A stretch of 64,000 nucleotides of DNA from Minisyncoccia bacterium (lineage in GTDB: Bacteria > Patescibacteriota > Minisyncoccia > Phycocordibacterales > UBA918). Location: contig JBKBPM010000001.1 of the NCBI GenBank assembly GCA_046293175.1, positions 427,446 through 491,445 on the forward strand. The letters run 5' to 3'. This document shows, piece by piece, positions 45,915 through 56,240 of this stretch. The notes under the pieces were generated by a model. That model was given only the letters and a program-made list of their open reading frames with translations, ran no database searches and was not told the DNA's origin. Numbering within the stretch: position 1 is the first letter of the stretch; the number at the start of each line of letters is the position of its first letter. The translations under genes and the position numbers were made by a program.

Positions 45915-47558
45915 CTAATACATACCTCCCATGCCAGACATATCAGGCATTGCTGCCTTTTCTGGCTCTGGTTCATCCGCAATTGCACATTCACTCGTGA
46001 GAAGGATACCCGCGGCTGAGACGGCGTGTTGCACACCAGCGCGCTCTACCTTCACTGGGTCGATGATACCCGCCTTGATCATGTCGTCGACCATGATTCC
46101 CTTCGCAGCATCATAGCCGGCATTGCCACCAGCAGCCTTCACCTTTTCGACGACAACTGCGCCATCAATCTTGCCGGTGTTCTGCGCAATCTGCCAGAGC
46201 GGCATCGGAAGCGCCTTGAGCACAATCTGGTATCCGACCATCTCCTCGGCTGTGAGATCTTTCTTTTCACCGAGCTTCTTTTCGACAATCGCAGACGCGC
46301 GAGCGAGTGAGGTTCCACCTCCTGGCACAATCCCTTCTTCAATCGCAGCCTTGGTGGCATTCACGGCGTCTTCAATCTTAAGCTTGAGGTACTTCATCTC
46401 GGTTTCAGTCGCGGCACCTACCCGAATCACAGCGACCCCTCCAGAGAGTTTCGCCACGCGTTCTTCGAGTTTCTCCTTATCGAACTTCGAGGTAGTCTGC
46501 TCCATCTGGGCTTTCAAGGCTGCCACACGGTCCATAATCGAAGCCTTCTCACCAGCGCCACCGACGATCACCGTATGATCTTTGGTTGCAACCACCCGAT
46601 CGGCCTGTCCAAGCTGAGCTAGTTCAGTATCTTCGAGCTTCAGACCAATTTCTTCGGTGATTACCTGGCCACCGGTCGTGACTGCGATATCAGCGAGGAG
46701 TTCTTTCTTTCTGTCTCCATAACCTGGAGCCTTGACCGCGAGAACATTGAAGCCGCCCTTGAGCTTGTTCACTACAAAGGTCGCGAGTGCCTCACCTTCT
46801 ACATCATCAGCAATAATCACCAGCTCCTTCTTTCCGGTCTGCGCGATTTTTTCAAGGAGTGGGAGGATTTCCTGCACTGAAGAAATCTTCTTGTCGGTAA
46901 TGAGAATATGAGCATTCTTGTGAACCGCTTCCATACGCTCAGGGTTCGTTACCATATAAGGTGAGACGTACCCCTTATCAAACTGCATGCCTTCAGTCAG
47001 TTCAGTTTCGATACCAAGTGATTGTGATTCTTCAACAGTTACTACACCATCCTTGCCAACCTTATCAATCGTCTCGGCAATCTTTTCACCAAGTTCGGCA
47101 CTTTCAGCGGAGATAGTTGCAACTTGTTTGATTTCTTCGATTGAAGAAATCTTAATCGCCATACCACGAAGCGCCTCAACCACATCATTTGCGGCATGCT
47201 CCATACCACTACGTACTGCCATACTGTTGAGACCCATAGTGGTTTGTCTAAGACCTTCGTTGACGAGTGCTTGAGTGAGTACCGTGGCAGTAGTAGTTCC
47301 ATCACCAGCGAGTTCGTTTGTCTTGTTAGCCACTTCTTTGATGATTTCTGCCCCCATGTTCTCAAACTTATCCTTGAGGGTGATTTCTTTGGCAATTGAG
47401 ACTCCGTCGTTAGTGATCGTTGGACCACCAAAGCCGCGATCAAGAATTACGTTGCGTCCGCGTGGGCCAAGGGTGACCTTCACGGCATTCGCTACTGTAT
47501 CAACTCCCTTCTGTAGTTTCTTTTTTACTTCTTCTCCGTATATAACCTGCTTAGCCAT
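45915..47558 (-). CDS. groL: Chaperonin GroEL
   Basis: MAKQVIYGEEVKKKLQKGVDTVANAVKVTLGPRGRNV... matches GroEL and the C-terminus ends in the GGM-repeat tail MSGMGGMY. Confidence 0.97.
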   Translation of the reverse strand: MAKQVIYGEEVKKKLQKGVDTVANAVKVTLGPRGRNVILDRGFGGPTITNDGVSIAKEITLKDKFENMGAEIIKEVANKTNELAGDGTTTATVLTQALVNEGLRQTTMGLNSMAVRSGMEHAANDVVEALRGMAIKISSIEEIKQVATISAESAELGEKIAETIDKVGKDGVVTVEESQSLGIETELTEGMQFDKGYVSPYMVTNPERMEAVHKNAHILITDKKISSVQEILPLLEKIAQTGKKELVIIADDVEGEALATFVVNKLKGGFNVLAVKAPGYGDRKKELLADIAVTTGGQVITEEIGLKLEDTELAQLGQADRVVATKDHTVIVGGAGEKASIMDRVAALKAQMEQTTSKFDKEKLEERVAKLSGGVAVIRVGAATETEMKYLKLKIEDAVNATKAAIEEGIVPGGGTSLARASAIVEKKLGEKKDLTAEEMVGYQIVLKALPMPLWQIAQNTGKIDGAVVVEKVKAAGGNAGYDAAKGIMVDDMIKAGIIDPVKVERAGVQHAVSAAGILLTSECAIADEPEPEKAAMPDMSGMGGMY

Positions 47559-47707
47559 AATGTTTGTTTGATTGAGTTACCACAAGATCTAGGTAGCTGA
47601 GTAAAATGCGAGGCGTTTAGAAGAAATATTTTAGCTGTACGCTGTTGTACTGTGAAAAATATGTCTTCGTAACAACAAAGCAGTTTACCAGATACGTAGA
47701 CTGTTTC

Positions 47708-48046
47708 TTAGTTAGTAAAGATACCTAGGATACTTGATTCTGAGACAATGAAGTATTCTTTTCCATCAACTTTCACTTCATCGTAACCGTACTTTGAGAA
47801 CACAACCTTATCACCGACCTTAACATCCATGACCATTCGCTTGTCGCCGTCGTCATTCCATTTGCCAGCACCCACAGCGACCACAATCCCTTGTTCCGGT
47901 TTTTCTTTCTTGGCGGTATCCGGAATAATGATGCCCGACGCTGAAACGGTGCCTGCTTCTACTTCTGTGAGCGGACGAACGACGACACGGTCGCCGAGTG
48001 GTCTGATTGGACTTCCGCTCTGTGTTGTTTCTGCCATAATGCTCAA
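47708..48046 (-). CDS. groS: Co-chaperonin GroES
   Basis: IRPLGDRVVVRP...GIIIPDTAKKEKPEQGIVVAVG is the mobile loop and ...GDKVVFSKYG follows. The gene lies immediately upstream of groL. Confidence 0.93.
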   Translation of the reverse strand: MSIMAETTQSGSPIRPLGDRVVVRPLTEVEAGTVSASGIIIPDTAKKEKPEQGIVVAVGAGKWNDDGDKRMVMDVKVGDKVVFSKYGYDEVKVDGKEYFIVSESSILGIFTN

Positions 48047-48181
48047 AAGAATTAGAAAATGTAATAATTACCATTATGCGCCAGTAAAGAACGATATTTT
48101 AGATAGAAAATTCGCTCTTTGCGCACCGGCATTATACGTGTGACGACGAAAAGCGTCAAAAATAATCTATCCCCCATCTCG

Positions 48182-48210
48182 TTTACATCTTCTAGGGCCT
48201 ATGCTATAGT
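48182..48210 (+). promoter_or_regulatory. Promoter candidate for secG (TTTACA-17-TATAGT)
   Basis: The -10 lies at 48205..48210, 9 nt before ATG 48220. Confidence 0.4.
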
Positions 48211-48219
48211 ACTGCCTAC

Positions 48220-48459
48220 ATGGAAATCATTCAGTCTCTGCAACCTGCGTTGCCATTCATCCAGATTATCCTTGCTGTCCTCCTGATTGCGTCTATACTC
48301 TTACAACAGCGCGGTTCAAGTCTTGGCGGTGCCTTCGGTGGCGACAACTTCAGTTCAGCCTTCCACAAGCGTCGTGGCGCAGAGCTTTTCCTGTTTAAGT
48401 TCTCAATTGGTATTGCCGTACTCTTTGTAGTAGCAGCGTTCATGAATGTGTTGATCTAA
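48220..48459 (+). CDS. secG: Preprotein translocase subunit SecG
   Basis: The 79-aa product has two TM helices and the SecG motif LLQQRGSSLGGAFGG. Confidence 0.8.
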   Translation: MEIIQSLQPALPFIQIILAVLLIASILLQQRGSSLGGAFGGDNFSSAFHKRRGAELFLFKFSIGIAVLFVVAAFMNVLI

Positions 48460-48513
48460 GTCAACCTAAGAACCATCTGTTTTCGGACGTATACCCATAA
48501 AGAGGCTTTTCTT

Positions 48514-50271
48514 GTGTCTAAATCATCTTATTTACACTCTTGTATGAACATCGGCACACCCCCACGATCACGTGGTCAATGGTTCGGACGACTTATTCAT
48601 CGGATCGAGAGCGCCCGTCCGAGTGATCGTCTTATCCTCCGTAGTCTTTTCTTTGCGGCGATTGGTTGTTTTATATGGGGTATCTTGCTCTACAATCAGG
48701 CTTTTGTTGTATCTACTCCCGTTCCAGGTGGTACAGTCGTAGAAGGAGTGGTTGGTATTCCTCGTTTTGTGAATCCAGTCCTCGCGGTTACTCGCGCTGA
48801 CCAAGATATGAGTGCGCTCCTCTTTAGCGGTCTCATGAAGATTAATACCGAAGGTATCCTCATCCCTGACCTCGCCGAAAGCATCACTCGTTCAGACGAC
48901 GGCAAGACGTACAACATCATCATGCGTCGTGACAATCTCTTCCATGACGGCACTCCACTGACGGCCCGTGACGTTGCTTTTACTATTGGCCTCATCCAAA
49001 ATCCCGACCTCAAGAGTCCACTGCGAGGGAACTGGGCCGGCGTGACAGTTGAGGAAATTAGTGAATACGAACTCAATATTGTCCTTGATGAAGCCTACAC
49101 ACCATTTATTGAAAACTTCACCGTTGGTATCATCCCCCGCCATATTTGGAGCGAGCTACCACTCGAACAGATTCCATTTTCACAACGCAACACCGAACCA
49201 ATTGGCTCAGGTCCTTTCTCACTTGAAAAAGTCGTCCGCAACGACGCTGGCCTCATTGAAACCTATGAACTCGAACGGGCCGAAAGTGGCGTGAAGCTCG
49301 AAGCGCTCACTATCCGTTTTTATCAAAACGAGGACGATCTCATGAAAGCTTTTAGTGAAGGTAAGCTCACAAATACCACTAATCTTCGTGCCGCTGATAT
49401 TGGAACTCTTGTCGATACTAATACCTATAATATCATCGAGAAGCCACTGCCACGTGTGTTTGCCCTTTTCTTTAACCAAAACAAATCAGTAGCACTACGC
49501 GATGCCGCCGTACGTGAAGCGCTTGATGTGGCGATTGATCGCAACGCACTAGTTAATAACGTACTCTCCGGCTATGGTGTCCCTACCGATACCCCACTTC
49601 CACCAACCAGTACCAACAATCAACTCCCAGCCCGCAACGTTGATGTAGTTGCTGAGACTACCCGCATCCTGACACGCGCTGGCTGGCAGAAGAACCAAAA
49701 CGGCCTCTGGGAAAAGCGTATTGATGGGAACGCCGTAACCCTCGCCTTTACCGTGCGTACAGCGCACACCGACCTCCTCTCAGACACCGCTGGATCGGTC
49801 ATTGAAGCCTGGCGCGCCATTGGTATCCAAGTAGATATCGAAAAGTACGAACAAAGCGACCTACTACAGGCCGTTATCCGTCCCCGTGATTTTGAAATCC
49901 TCCTCTTTGGTCTTGATATGAACCGGACTGTCGACTTATACCCATTTTGGCACTCTAGTCAGCGTGAAGACCCTGGTTTGAATATCGCGCAATATGCTAA
50001 TATTGAAGTCGACAACCTCCTCGCTGATGCCAGAACCGCCACGAGTAGCAACGATCGAGACGCCAAAGCGGTTACCGCAATGAATATTATCAAGAATGAA
50101 CGTCCTGCCCTTTTCTTGTTTGTTCCGTCCCTACCGTACGTTGTTCACAAAGATGTTAGTACCGCACCGATGGAGGGATTGAGTAAGCCGCATGAACGAT
50201 TTATGAATATTGAGAGCTGGTTTGTTGCCAGAGAAGATCGGTGGCCAATTTTTAACAGCAGTAATGACTAA
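48514..50271 (+). CDS. ABC transporter substrate-binding protein, family 5 (oligopeptide/nickel-type), membrane-anchored
   Basis: An N-terminal TM segment is followed by an SBP_bac_5-like core (LFSGLMKINTEGILIPDLAES...YNIIMRRDNLFHDGTPLTARDVAFT). Confidence 0.8.
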   Translation: MSKSSYLHSCMNIGTPPRSRGQWFGRLIHRIESARPSDRLILRSLFFAAIGCFIWGILLYNQAFVVSTPVPGGTVVEGVVGIPRFVNPVLAVTRADQDMSALLFSGLMKINTEGILIPDLAESITRSDDGKTYNIIMRRDNLFHDGTPLTARDVAFTIGLIQNPDLKSPLRGNWAGVTVEEISEYELNIVLDEAYTPFIENFTVGIIPRHIWSELPLEQIPFSQRNTEPIGSGPFSLEKVVRNDAGLIETYELERAESGVKLEALTIRFYQNEDDLMKAFSEGKLTNTTNLRAADIGTLVDTNTYNIIEKPLPRVFALFFNQNKSVALRDAAVREALDVAIDRNALVNNVLSGYGVPTDTPLPPTSTNNQLPARNVDVVAETTRILTRAGWQKNQNGLWEKRIDGNAVTLAFTVRTAHTDLLSDTAGSVIEAWRAIGIQVDIEKYEQSDLLQAVIRPRDFEILLFGLDMNRTVDLYPFWHSSQREDPGLNIAQYANIEVDNLLADARTATSSNDRDAKAVTAMNIIKNERPALFLFVPSLPYVVHKDVSTAPMEGLSKPHERFMNIESWFVAREDRWPIFNSSND

Positions 50272-50299
50272 TAACCTTAGAAAGTAATACCCTAGCGAA

Positions 50300-52306
50300 A
50301 TGAATATGACAGAATTAACCAACAGAACAAATCCAACCTTGACTCCAGTTCGCAGCAGTGAGACCAATGATCGACGTCGTCCTTTTAATCGGAACCGTCG
50401 TCGCGATGGTGCTCCTCGTCCACCGAGCGGACCACGTACTGGTGATACTCGCCCTGGTACCCATCCGCGTCGCGATGGTGCTCCAGGCACCCCAGCTGGA
50501 GACGTGGACAAGCGTCGTAATAAGCGTCGTCGACCAAACGAACGCCGTCGCAGTATGACGAGTCCGGCGCTCACCCACCGGATGGCTATCTCGGACGAAA
50601 AGAGTCCGGTGATTCCTGAAATCACTGACGAAGATACTGTCCGCATCATCACCGTATCTGGTGTAGAAGAAATTGGACGCAACATGAACATCATCGAGAC
50701 TAAAGACGACATTATCGTCATCGATGCTGGTTTCCAGTTCGTGTCTGAGGAAAGTCATGCTCCTGGCGTAAACTACATCCTTCCAAACACCCAGTACCTC
50801 GAAGAACGTAGGGACAAGATCCGCGCGTTGGTTATCACCCATGGTCACCTCGACCACATTGGTGGTATTCCCTTTATCCTCGAACGTATCGGCAATCCTC
50901 CAATCTACACCCAGTACTTGACTTCACTTATGATCCTCAAGCGCCAGGAAGAATTTCCACACCTTGAACCAGTGAACATGAACATCGTCAAAGAAGGTGA
51001 GACCTTCACTGTCGGTAAGATGCGCATCAAGACCTTCCCAGTCACCCACTCCATTCCAGACGCCATGGGTCTTTCGTTTGAAACCAAACACGGTAACATC
51101 GTCGTCACCGGTGACATCAAAGTAGTAACTGATGAGCAAGGCAACGTGGTGGTTGAAGAAAAGAATTCCTGGGAACGCATCGGCAAAGACAACAACATCG
51201 CTCTCCTCTGTGACTCAACGAACGCCGACCGCAGTGGCTTCTCCGCCTCGGAAGCGAAGGTGTATCAAACCCTTGAAGAAATCATCCGTACCACCCGTGG
51301 CCGTTTGATTATTGGTACCTTTGCCTCACAGTTTGATCGTCTTATCTCAGTCATTAAAAGTTGTGAACTCCTTGGCAAGAAGGTGGTACTCGAAGGTCGT
51401 AGTATCAAAACGCATATCGATATCGCTATCACAGCGAAGATGCTTGAAGTTGATCCAAAAGTCTTTATTGACGCCACTCATATCGGTGATTATCCTGCTG
51501 ACAAAATCGTCATTCTCTCAACTGGTGCTCAGGGCGAAGAGTATGCGGCACTCATGCGTATGGCCACCGAAAAGCACAAGAGCATCAACCTCACCGAGCG
51601 TGACACTGTCGTACTTTCATCATCGGTGATTCCAGGGAACGAAATTGCTGTCCAGAAGCTCAAAGACAATATTTATCGACGTAATGCCCGCATCATTAAC
51701 TACCAAGGGTCGCACGTACACTCATCTGGTCACGGCAACGCCGGCGACCTCGTCTGGGTGCACCAGGCCGTGAAGCCACGGTTCCTCATTCCGGTACACG
51801 GTCATCACTACCACCTCAAGAGTCACGCTTTTGCTGCCATAGAAAACGGTTTTCCTAAGGACAATATTATTGTTCCAGATACTGGTACCATCATCGATAT
51901 CAAGAACGGTACCGAAGCCACGAAACTCTCGGTCAAAATTCCAAACGAGCAGATTCTTGTCGATGGCTTTACGGTTGGCGCACGTCAGGAAGTGGTCCTC
52001 CGCGATCGTATGTCTCTTGCGCAGGATGGCATGTTTGTGATTATTGCAACTGTCAATGCCAAAACTGGCAAGCTCCGAAAATCACCAGATATCATCTCTC
52101 GTGGCTTTATCTACCTCCGCGAGAACCAGCAGATGCTATCTGAGGCCCGTGTCCTTATCAAGCGGACAATCGAAAAGCATACCGAACGCATGAACCCACT
52201 TGACCTCGATTACGTGAAGGATGAACTCACTGACACTGTCTCAACCTTCCTTATGCAGAAGACGCAGAAGTCACCGATGGTTATTCCTGTCCTCATCGGC
52301 CTCTAA
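50300..52306 (+). CDS. rnj: Ribonuclease J (metallo-beta-lactamase/beta-CASP) with Arg/Pro-rich N-terminal extension
   Basis: The HGHLDH motif (VITHGHLDHIGG), the beta-CASP region and the RNase J C-terminal domain are present. About 100 aa of basic low-complexity sequence precede them. Confidence 0.9.
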   Translation: MNMTELTNRTNPTLTPVRSSETNDRRRPFNRNRRRDGAPRPPSGPRTGDTRPGTHPRRDGAPGTPAGDVDKRRNKRRRPNERRRSMTSPALTHRMAISDEKSPVIPEITDEDTVRIITVSGVEEIGRNMNIIETKDDIIVIDAGFQFVSEESHAPGVNYILPNTQYLEERRDKIRALVITHGHLDHIGGIPFILERIGNPPIYTQYLTSLMILKRQEEFPHLEPVNMNIVKEGETFTVGKMRIKTFPVTHSIPDAMGLSFETKHGNIVVTGDIKVVTDEQGNVVVEEKNSWERIGKDNNIALLCDSTNADRSGFSASEAKVYQTLEEIIRTTRGRLIIGTFASQFDRLISVIKSCELLGKKVVLEGRSIKTHIDIAITAKMLEVDPKVFIDATHIGDYPADKIVILSTGAQGEEYAALMRMATEKHKSINLTERDTVVLSSSVIPGNEIAVQKLKDNIYRRNARIINYQGSHVHSSGHGNAGDLVWVHQAVKPRFLIPVHGHHYHLKSHAFAAIENGFPKDNIIVPDTGTIIDIKNGTEATKLSVKIPNEQILVDGFTVGARQEVVLRDRMSLAQDGMFVIIATVNAKTGKLRKSPDIISRGFIYLRENQQMLSEARVLIKRTIEKHTERMNPLDLDYVKDELTDTVSTFLMQKTQKSPMVIPVLIGL

Positions 52307-52347
52307 CAGTCCAGCTACTAACACAACATCTACTTTGTTAGGCCGTG

Positions 52348-52397
52348 AAAAAAGACCCTCAATGTACGTCCAAGTACACCTCGGGGTCTTTTTTTCT
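52348..52397 (+). terminator. Terminator candidate after rnj
   Basis: A hairpin (aaaaaagaccc ... ggggtc) is followed by TTTTTTTCTTG. Confidence 0.45.
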
Positions 52398-52520
52398 TGC
52401 CTGCCTCGTATCTGTAGCATTAGTGACTGTCCTCAAAAGACAATATTAAATCTACATAAGATTTTCCTCTCCACCACCATTCCCAATTTGAGACTAATTT
52501 TGTAGTACACTATACCTGAT

Positions 52521-53717
52521 ATGGACTTTTACAAGCACGGGAGCCTCACAATGGGGACACGACACATTCACTTTGGGTTCGTCTACCTATTGGCGATTAT
52601 CTTTTCCTATCATACGCTTCTTGTGGCATACAACACCTCGAGTTACCTCGGCCAATACGTAAACCCCACCGCGGTGGGTGTACTCCATGGTGCAGGAGCC
52701 CTTGGTGCGATTGCTATCTTCCTCGTCTTTCCTCGTTTGCTTAACCGTTTTGGGAATGTCGCAGTTGGTGGTATGGTGATGCTGCTCTCAGTGATTCTTC
52801 TCCTCTCCTTGGCGCTTGGTGGCCACCCACTCCTCATCATCCCGACACTTGCTCTTTTCCTTGCCATCAACCCACTCGTGTACCTCGTTATCGATGTCTT
52901 CTCAGAGACCCTCATTGGCAAAAGTGAGGGAGATACCGGCAAAAAGCGTGGACTCACCCTCTCACTCATGAGTGCCGCAGCCGTCTTTGCTCCCCTCTCT
53001 ATGGGTTACCTTATGGGTGATGGTCATGATTACACACAACTCTTTTTTGCTGCCGCCGGTGTCGGACTCATTTTCCTCGCGCTGATGGTTGGTGTCTTTC
53101 GACAGTTTTATGATCCGGTCTACGAAGTACATCCGATAAAGCCACTCCTTTTCGCTGCCTGGCAAAACAAAAATATCGCGACAGTGATCGCCTCACACTT
53201 CCTCCTCCAATTATTCTTTGCGTGGATTATTATCTATGTGCCGCTGTACCTCTCGACAGTACTCCACTTCAGCTGGCAAGAGATTGGTATCATCATTGCC
53301 TCTGGTCTTATGGCCTATGTAGTCTTTGAATACCCCATTGGTATTATTGCTGACCGGTACCTCGGCGAACAAGAGATGATGAGTGTGGGATTCCTTATCC
53401 TCGCTATCACCACTGCCTCCATTGGTGTCATCGGCAGCCTTGGTATTCTCGGGTTTATGATACTAATGTTTATCAATCGGTTTGGTGCCAGTCTCGTTGA
53501 GGTGACGACCGAAAGTTACTTCTTCAAACAAATTGATGGAAGTGATGCATCTCTCATGAGTGTATTCCGACTCCTCCGTCCTGCCGCAAACGTCGCGGGC
53601 GCCATCCTTGGTGCCATCTGCCTTGCCCTCTTCTCGTTTGAACTCTTCTTTATTATTGGTGGATTTATCCTTACTCTAGGAGTCTTCATTCCTCGCTATC
53701 TCGTCGACACCAAGTAG
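52521..53717 (+). CDS. MFS transporter
   Basis: It has about 12 TM helices and MFS-like loop motifs between TM2 and TM3. Confidence 0.75.
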   Translation: MDFYKHGSLTMGTRHIHFGFVYLLAIIFSYHTLLVAYNTSSYLGQYVNPTAVGVLHGAGALGAIAIFLVFPRLLNRFGNVAVGGMVMLLSVILLLSLALGGHPLLIIPTLALFLAINPLVYLVIDVFSETLIGKSEGDTGKKRGLTLSLMSAAAVFAPLSMGYLMGDGHDYTQLFFAAAGVGLIFLALMVGVFRQFYDPVYEVHPIKPLLFAAWQNKNIATVIASHFLLQLFFAWIIIYVPLYLSTVLHFSWQEIGIIIASGLMAYVVFEYPIGIIADRYLGEQEMMSVGFLILAITTASIGVIGSLGILGFMILMFINRFGASLVEVTTESYFFKQIDGSDASLMSVFRLLRPAANVAGAILGAICLALFSFELFFIIGGFILTLGVFIPRYLVDTK

Positions 53718-53740
53718 AATCCATTCACTAAACTCTGCCC

Positions 53741-53775
53741 AAAATACTCCATTTAAATGGAGTATTTTGCTTTTG
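53741..53775 (+). terminator. Terminator after the MFS gene (28-bp perfect palindrome)
   Basis: The palindrome aaaatactccatttaaatggagtatttt is followed by gcttttg. Confidence 0.6.
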
Positions 53776-53807
53776 AATAACTACAATTTCTCAAGAAATT
53801 TGTTGCC

Positions 53808-53834
53808 AAACCTTTCAGTTAACTGAAAGGTTTT
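53808..53834 (-). terminator. Hairpin abutting the stop of the MutY-like gene
   Basis: The stem aacctttcagtt/aactgaaaggtt is flanked by A/T runs. Confidence 0.5.
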
Positions 53835-54650
53835 TTAACTTGGTAGTTGATATAAACGGCTAGTTTTTATAACCATCCCTTCTTCAATCAGTCGCTCGAG
53901 CTGAGCAGCTAGCCGTACTTCATCAAATGGTAGCTGGGTTTTGAGCTTTAGATATGAAAGTTTGTTGCCGGTTGCTAGTAGTTTAATAATCGCTCCCCTA
54001 ATCTGTCGATCACTTCCCTTAAAGGTCGATTGCTTTGTATAGTGTTTGCTCTTGGTGATATTGTTCCCCACCGTACGTTTGAGGTGTGACCCATAGTCCA
54101 TGAGCGCGTAGTACCATGCGCGAGGATTATCAAGCGGTAGTGTCCGCTTGATATAAGGCAAGAGCATTGCATCAGTGACATCTGTCTCGTCCGCGAAGAA
54201 GTGATGGATGTACACCGTACGCACATTGGTCTCAATGAGTGGCTCTGCTATACCAAACGCAAAAGCAAGGACTGCCCGCGCGGTATACGGCCCAATCCCG
54301 GGCAGTGTTCGAAGTTTTGTCTCGTCCTTCGGTAGCTTGCCGCCAAAATCGCGCACAACCACCTTCGCACACTCATGGAGCATCTTGGCCCGGCGGTTGT
54401 ACCCCAAGCCCTGCCAGTGCCCAAGTACGGCTCCAAGTGGTGCCTCAGCAAGTGCACTGATGGTCGGAAAGGCCTTTAAGAATTCATTATATTTCGGTAT
54501 CACTCGATCCACTTGCGTCTGTTGCAACATCACCTCAGAAACAAGTATCCGGTACGGGTCTTTGGTCTGCCGCCACGGCAAACCATGCCGACCACCAACC
54601 TCGTAAAACTCCAAGACCGTCTGTACAAAACGTTTCTCTGTACCCGTCAT
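53835..54650 (-). CDS. HhH-GPD base-excision glycosylase, MutY/Nth-like (no 4Fe-4S Cys cluster seen)
   Basis: LPWRQTKDPYRILVSEVMLQQTQVDRVIPKYNEFLKAFPT...WQGLGYNRRAKMLHECA...LPGIGPYTARAV are family motifs. No C-x6-C-x2-C-x5-C motif is present. Confidence 0.75.
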   Translation of the reverse strand: MTGTEKRFVQTVLEFYEVGGRHGLPWRQTKDPYRILVSEVMLQQTQVDRVIPKYNEFLKAFPTISALAEAPLGAVLGHWQGLGYNRRAKMLHECAKVVVRDFGGKLPKDETKLRTLPGIGPYTARAVLAFAFGIAEPLIETNVRTVYIHHFFADETDVTDAMLLPYIKRTLPLDNPRAWYYALMDYGSHLKRTVGNNITKSKHYTKQSTFKGSDRQIRGAIIKLLATGNKLSYLKLKTQLPFDEVRLAAQLERLIEEGMVIKTSRLYQLPS

Positions 54651-54651
54651 A

Positions 54652-56022
54652 TTAAAACAGTGAACTTTCAGTCTGGTTTAAATACTTCATGACAAAAGCT
54701 TTCACATCAAACTTACGTTTACAGCCAGCGTAGTTCATGTAGCGGATTTTGCCAAAGACCGGACGTTCGTTCCAGGCTCTATCATGAAGGCCACAGATCG
54801 ACCACATGACTCCAGCTACACCATTACTGTCCCTACCATCTAGCTCGTAGTGGTCATTGAGTCGCAATGCAATATCAATGGCGGTCTGGGCATCCGGAGT
54901 CCACTCGAGAATCTTCTTCGCCCAATACATGCGGAGAAAGCCATGCATCTTCCCTTCCTGCACCATCTGCAACTGCGCGGCGTTCCAGAGGTCGTCATGA
55001 GTTTTTCCATCACGAAACTCCTCGTAGGTGTAGAGGAACTCGCGTTTGTCATTGGCGTGCTCGGCGATAGTCGTCCGCGCCCAGAGGTGCGCGGAACCAA
55101 CGGTTGCATAATCCTTAGTGTAGTAGCAGTAGTTTTCGGCCAGTTCACGGCGGACGATGAGCTCTTCGAGAAATGCTTCCTTGGCTGTGCCTGGTGCATC
55201 ACTCGCTTTGACGGCGAGCGCAATTGTGGCCACCGAAATATTTCCCCAGCGAATGTACGGTGAGAGTCCGGAGACAACGTTTAGGACCGGGTCGTTACGC
55301 TTCGTCTCATATTCAGGAAGGATATGTTCAAGGAAATATCGCAATTGTGTCTGGGCCGCCGCTTCACCAGGGATAAAGGTGGTAGGCACTGGCTCAGTAT
55401 AGTCACACTGCCGAAAAGCCCGGACAACCTCCCAATCAATCTTTGGTATCACTTTCGCATACGGTATCTTTGGTGCCGGCAGTTTGGGTACTGGAAGGAG
55501 GAACTCCGGTAGGAGGCGATGAATCTTCGGCCGCAGCGTATAAGCAGCAAATTCGGCCTTCGGACTTGCTACCCAGACCGGTATGATATTCCGCGCATCG
55601 ACGACGGTCACCGGCACTGTTACTTTACCCCGCAATTCCTCACGCCACGAACGAACGGGTTCAAGCGGATTAAAATCAAGCACTACCTCACCAACCGCCT
55701 GGCGCTTCACAAAGTCTGCCACGACCATGCTCCACTCTCCCATTTCGAGAAAAAATGGAATGTTCTTTTTCGAAAGATTCTCTGCCACTTCCCTAAGACT
55801 CGCGACCATCCACTCATTATGTCGCGCTGATCCGTTTTGAAACATTGGCCCAAGCGCAAATAAAACGAGGAGCGGTACACTACGCTCGTTCGCCTGCTCC
55901 ATCGCGTATACCAGCGCCGCGTTATCAGCCACCCGCTGCTCGCGCGCCATCACATACAAAACCGGACCCTGACCTGGGTCGCCCGTCTGTAGTTGTTGTA
56001 GCCGACGCTGATCAATCTTCAT
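54652..56022 (-). CDS. phr: Deoxyribodipyrimidine photolyase, class II
   Basis: The C-terminal DSNGVAGVMWSICGLHDRAWNERPVFGKIRYMNYAGCKRKFDV is characteristic of class II CPD photolyases. An N-terminal alpha/beta domain is also present. Confidence 0.85.
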   Translation of the reverse strand: MKIDQRRLQQLQTGDPGQGPVLYVMAREQRVADNAALVYAMEQANERSVPLLVLFALGPMFQNGSARHNEWMVASLREVAENLSKKNIPFFLEMGEWSMVVADFVKRQAVGEVVLDFNPLEPVRSWREELRGKVTVPVTVVDARNIIPVWVASPKAEFAAYTLRPKIHRLLPEFLLPVPKLPAPKIPYAKVIPKIDWEVVRAFRQCDYTEPVPTTFIPGEAAAQTQLRYFLEHILPEYETKRNDPVLNVVSGLSPYIRWGNISVATIALAVKASDAPGTAKEAFLEELIVRRELAENYCYYTKDYATVGSAHLWARTTIAEHANDKREFLYTYEEFRDGKTHDDLWNAAQLQMVQEGKMHGFLRMYWAKKILEWTPDAQTAIDIALRLNDHYELDGRDSNGVAGVMWSICGLHDRAWNERPVFGKIRYMNYAGCKRKFDVKAFVMKYLNQTESSLF

Positions 56023-56023
56023 A

Positions 56024-56239
56024 TTATTCTATCGTGTAGTCAGCAGGTCGAGATTGTCGTAGGATGATAAACCAGGCTGCTAGATAGATGAACACGCCCG
56101 GGAAAACACCGGTCAAAATGAGGAACGTAATTGCCACAATTCGAAATAACACTGGGTCTTGGTCACAAAGTCGAGCAAGTGCAGCAATCACTCCTGCCAC
56201 CACAGCCTCATCTTTTATTCGGTAGATTTTTTTGGACAT
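56024..56239 (-). CDS. PspC-domain small membrane protein
   Basis: MSKKIYRIKDEAVVAGVIAALARLCDQDPVLFRIVAITFLILTGVFPGVFIYLAAWFIIL matches the PspC domain. The start is 2 nt after the HAD gene stop. Confidence 0.65.
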   Translation of the reverse strand: MSKKIYRIKDEAVVAGVIAALARLCDQDPVLFRIVAITFLILTGVFPGVFIYLAAWFIILRQSRPADYTIE

Positions 56240-56240
56240 G

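Noticed and set aside
46123-47571. Several plus-strand ORFs inside groEL
   Set aside because: They are antisense to an unambiguous GroEL gene.
48047-48219. Search for a CIRCE (HrcA) inverted repeat upstream of groES
   Set aside because: No TTAGCACTC-N9-GAGTGCTAA-like element was seen in either the groES upstream region or the groES-groEL spacer.
50131-50857. Two long minus-strand ORFs (196 and 180 aa) overlapping the start of rnj
   Set aside because: They are antisense to the GC-rich, Arg-codon-rich N-terminal extension of RNase J. Their translations are low complexity.
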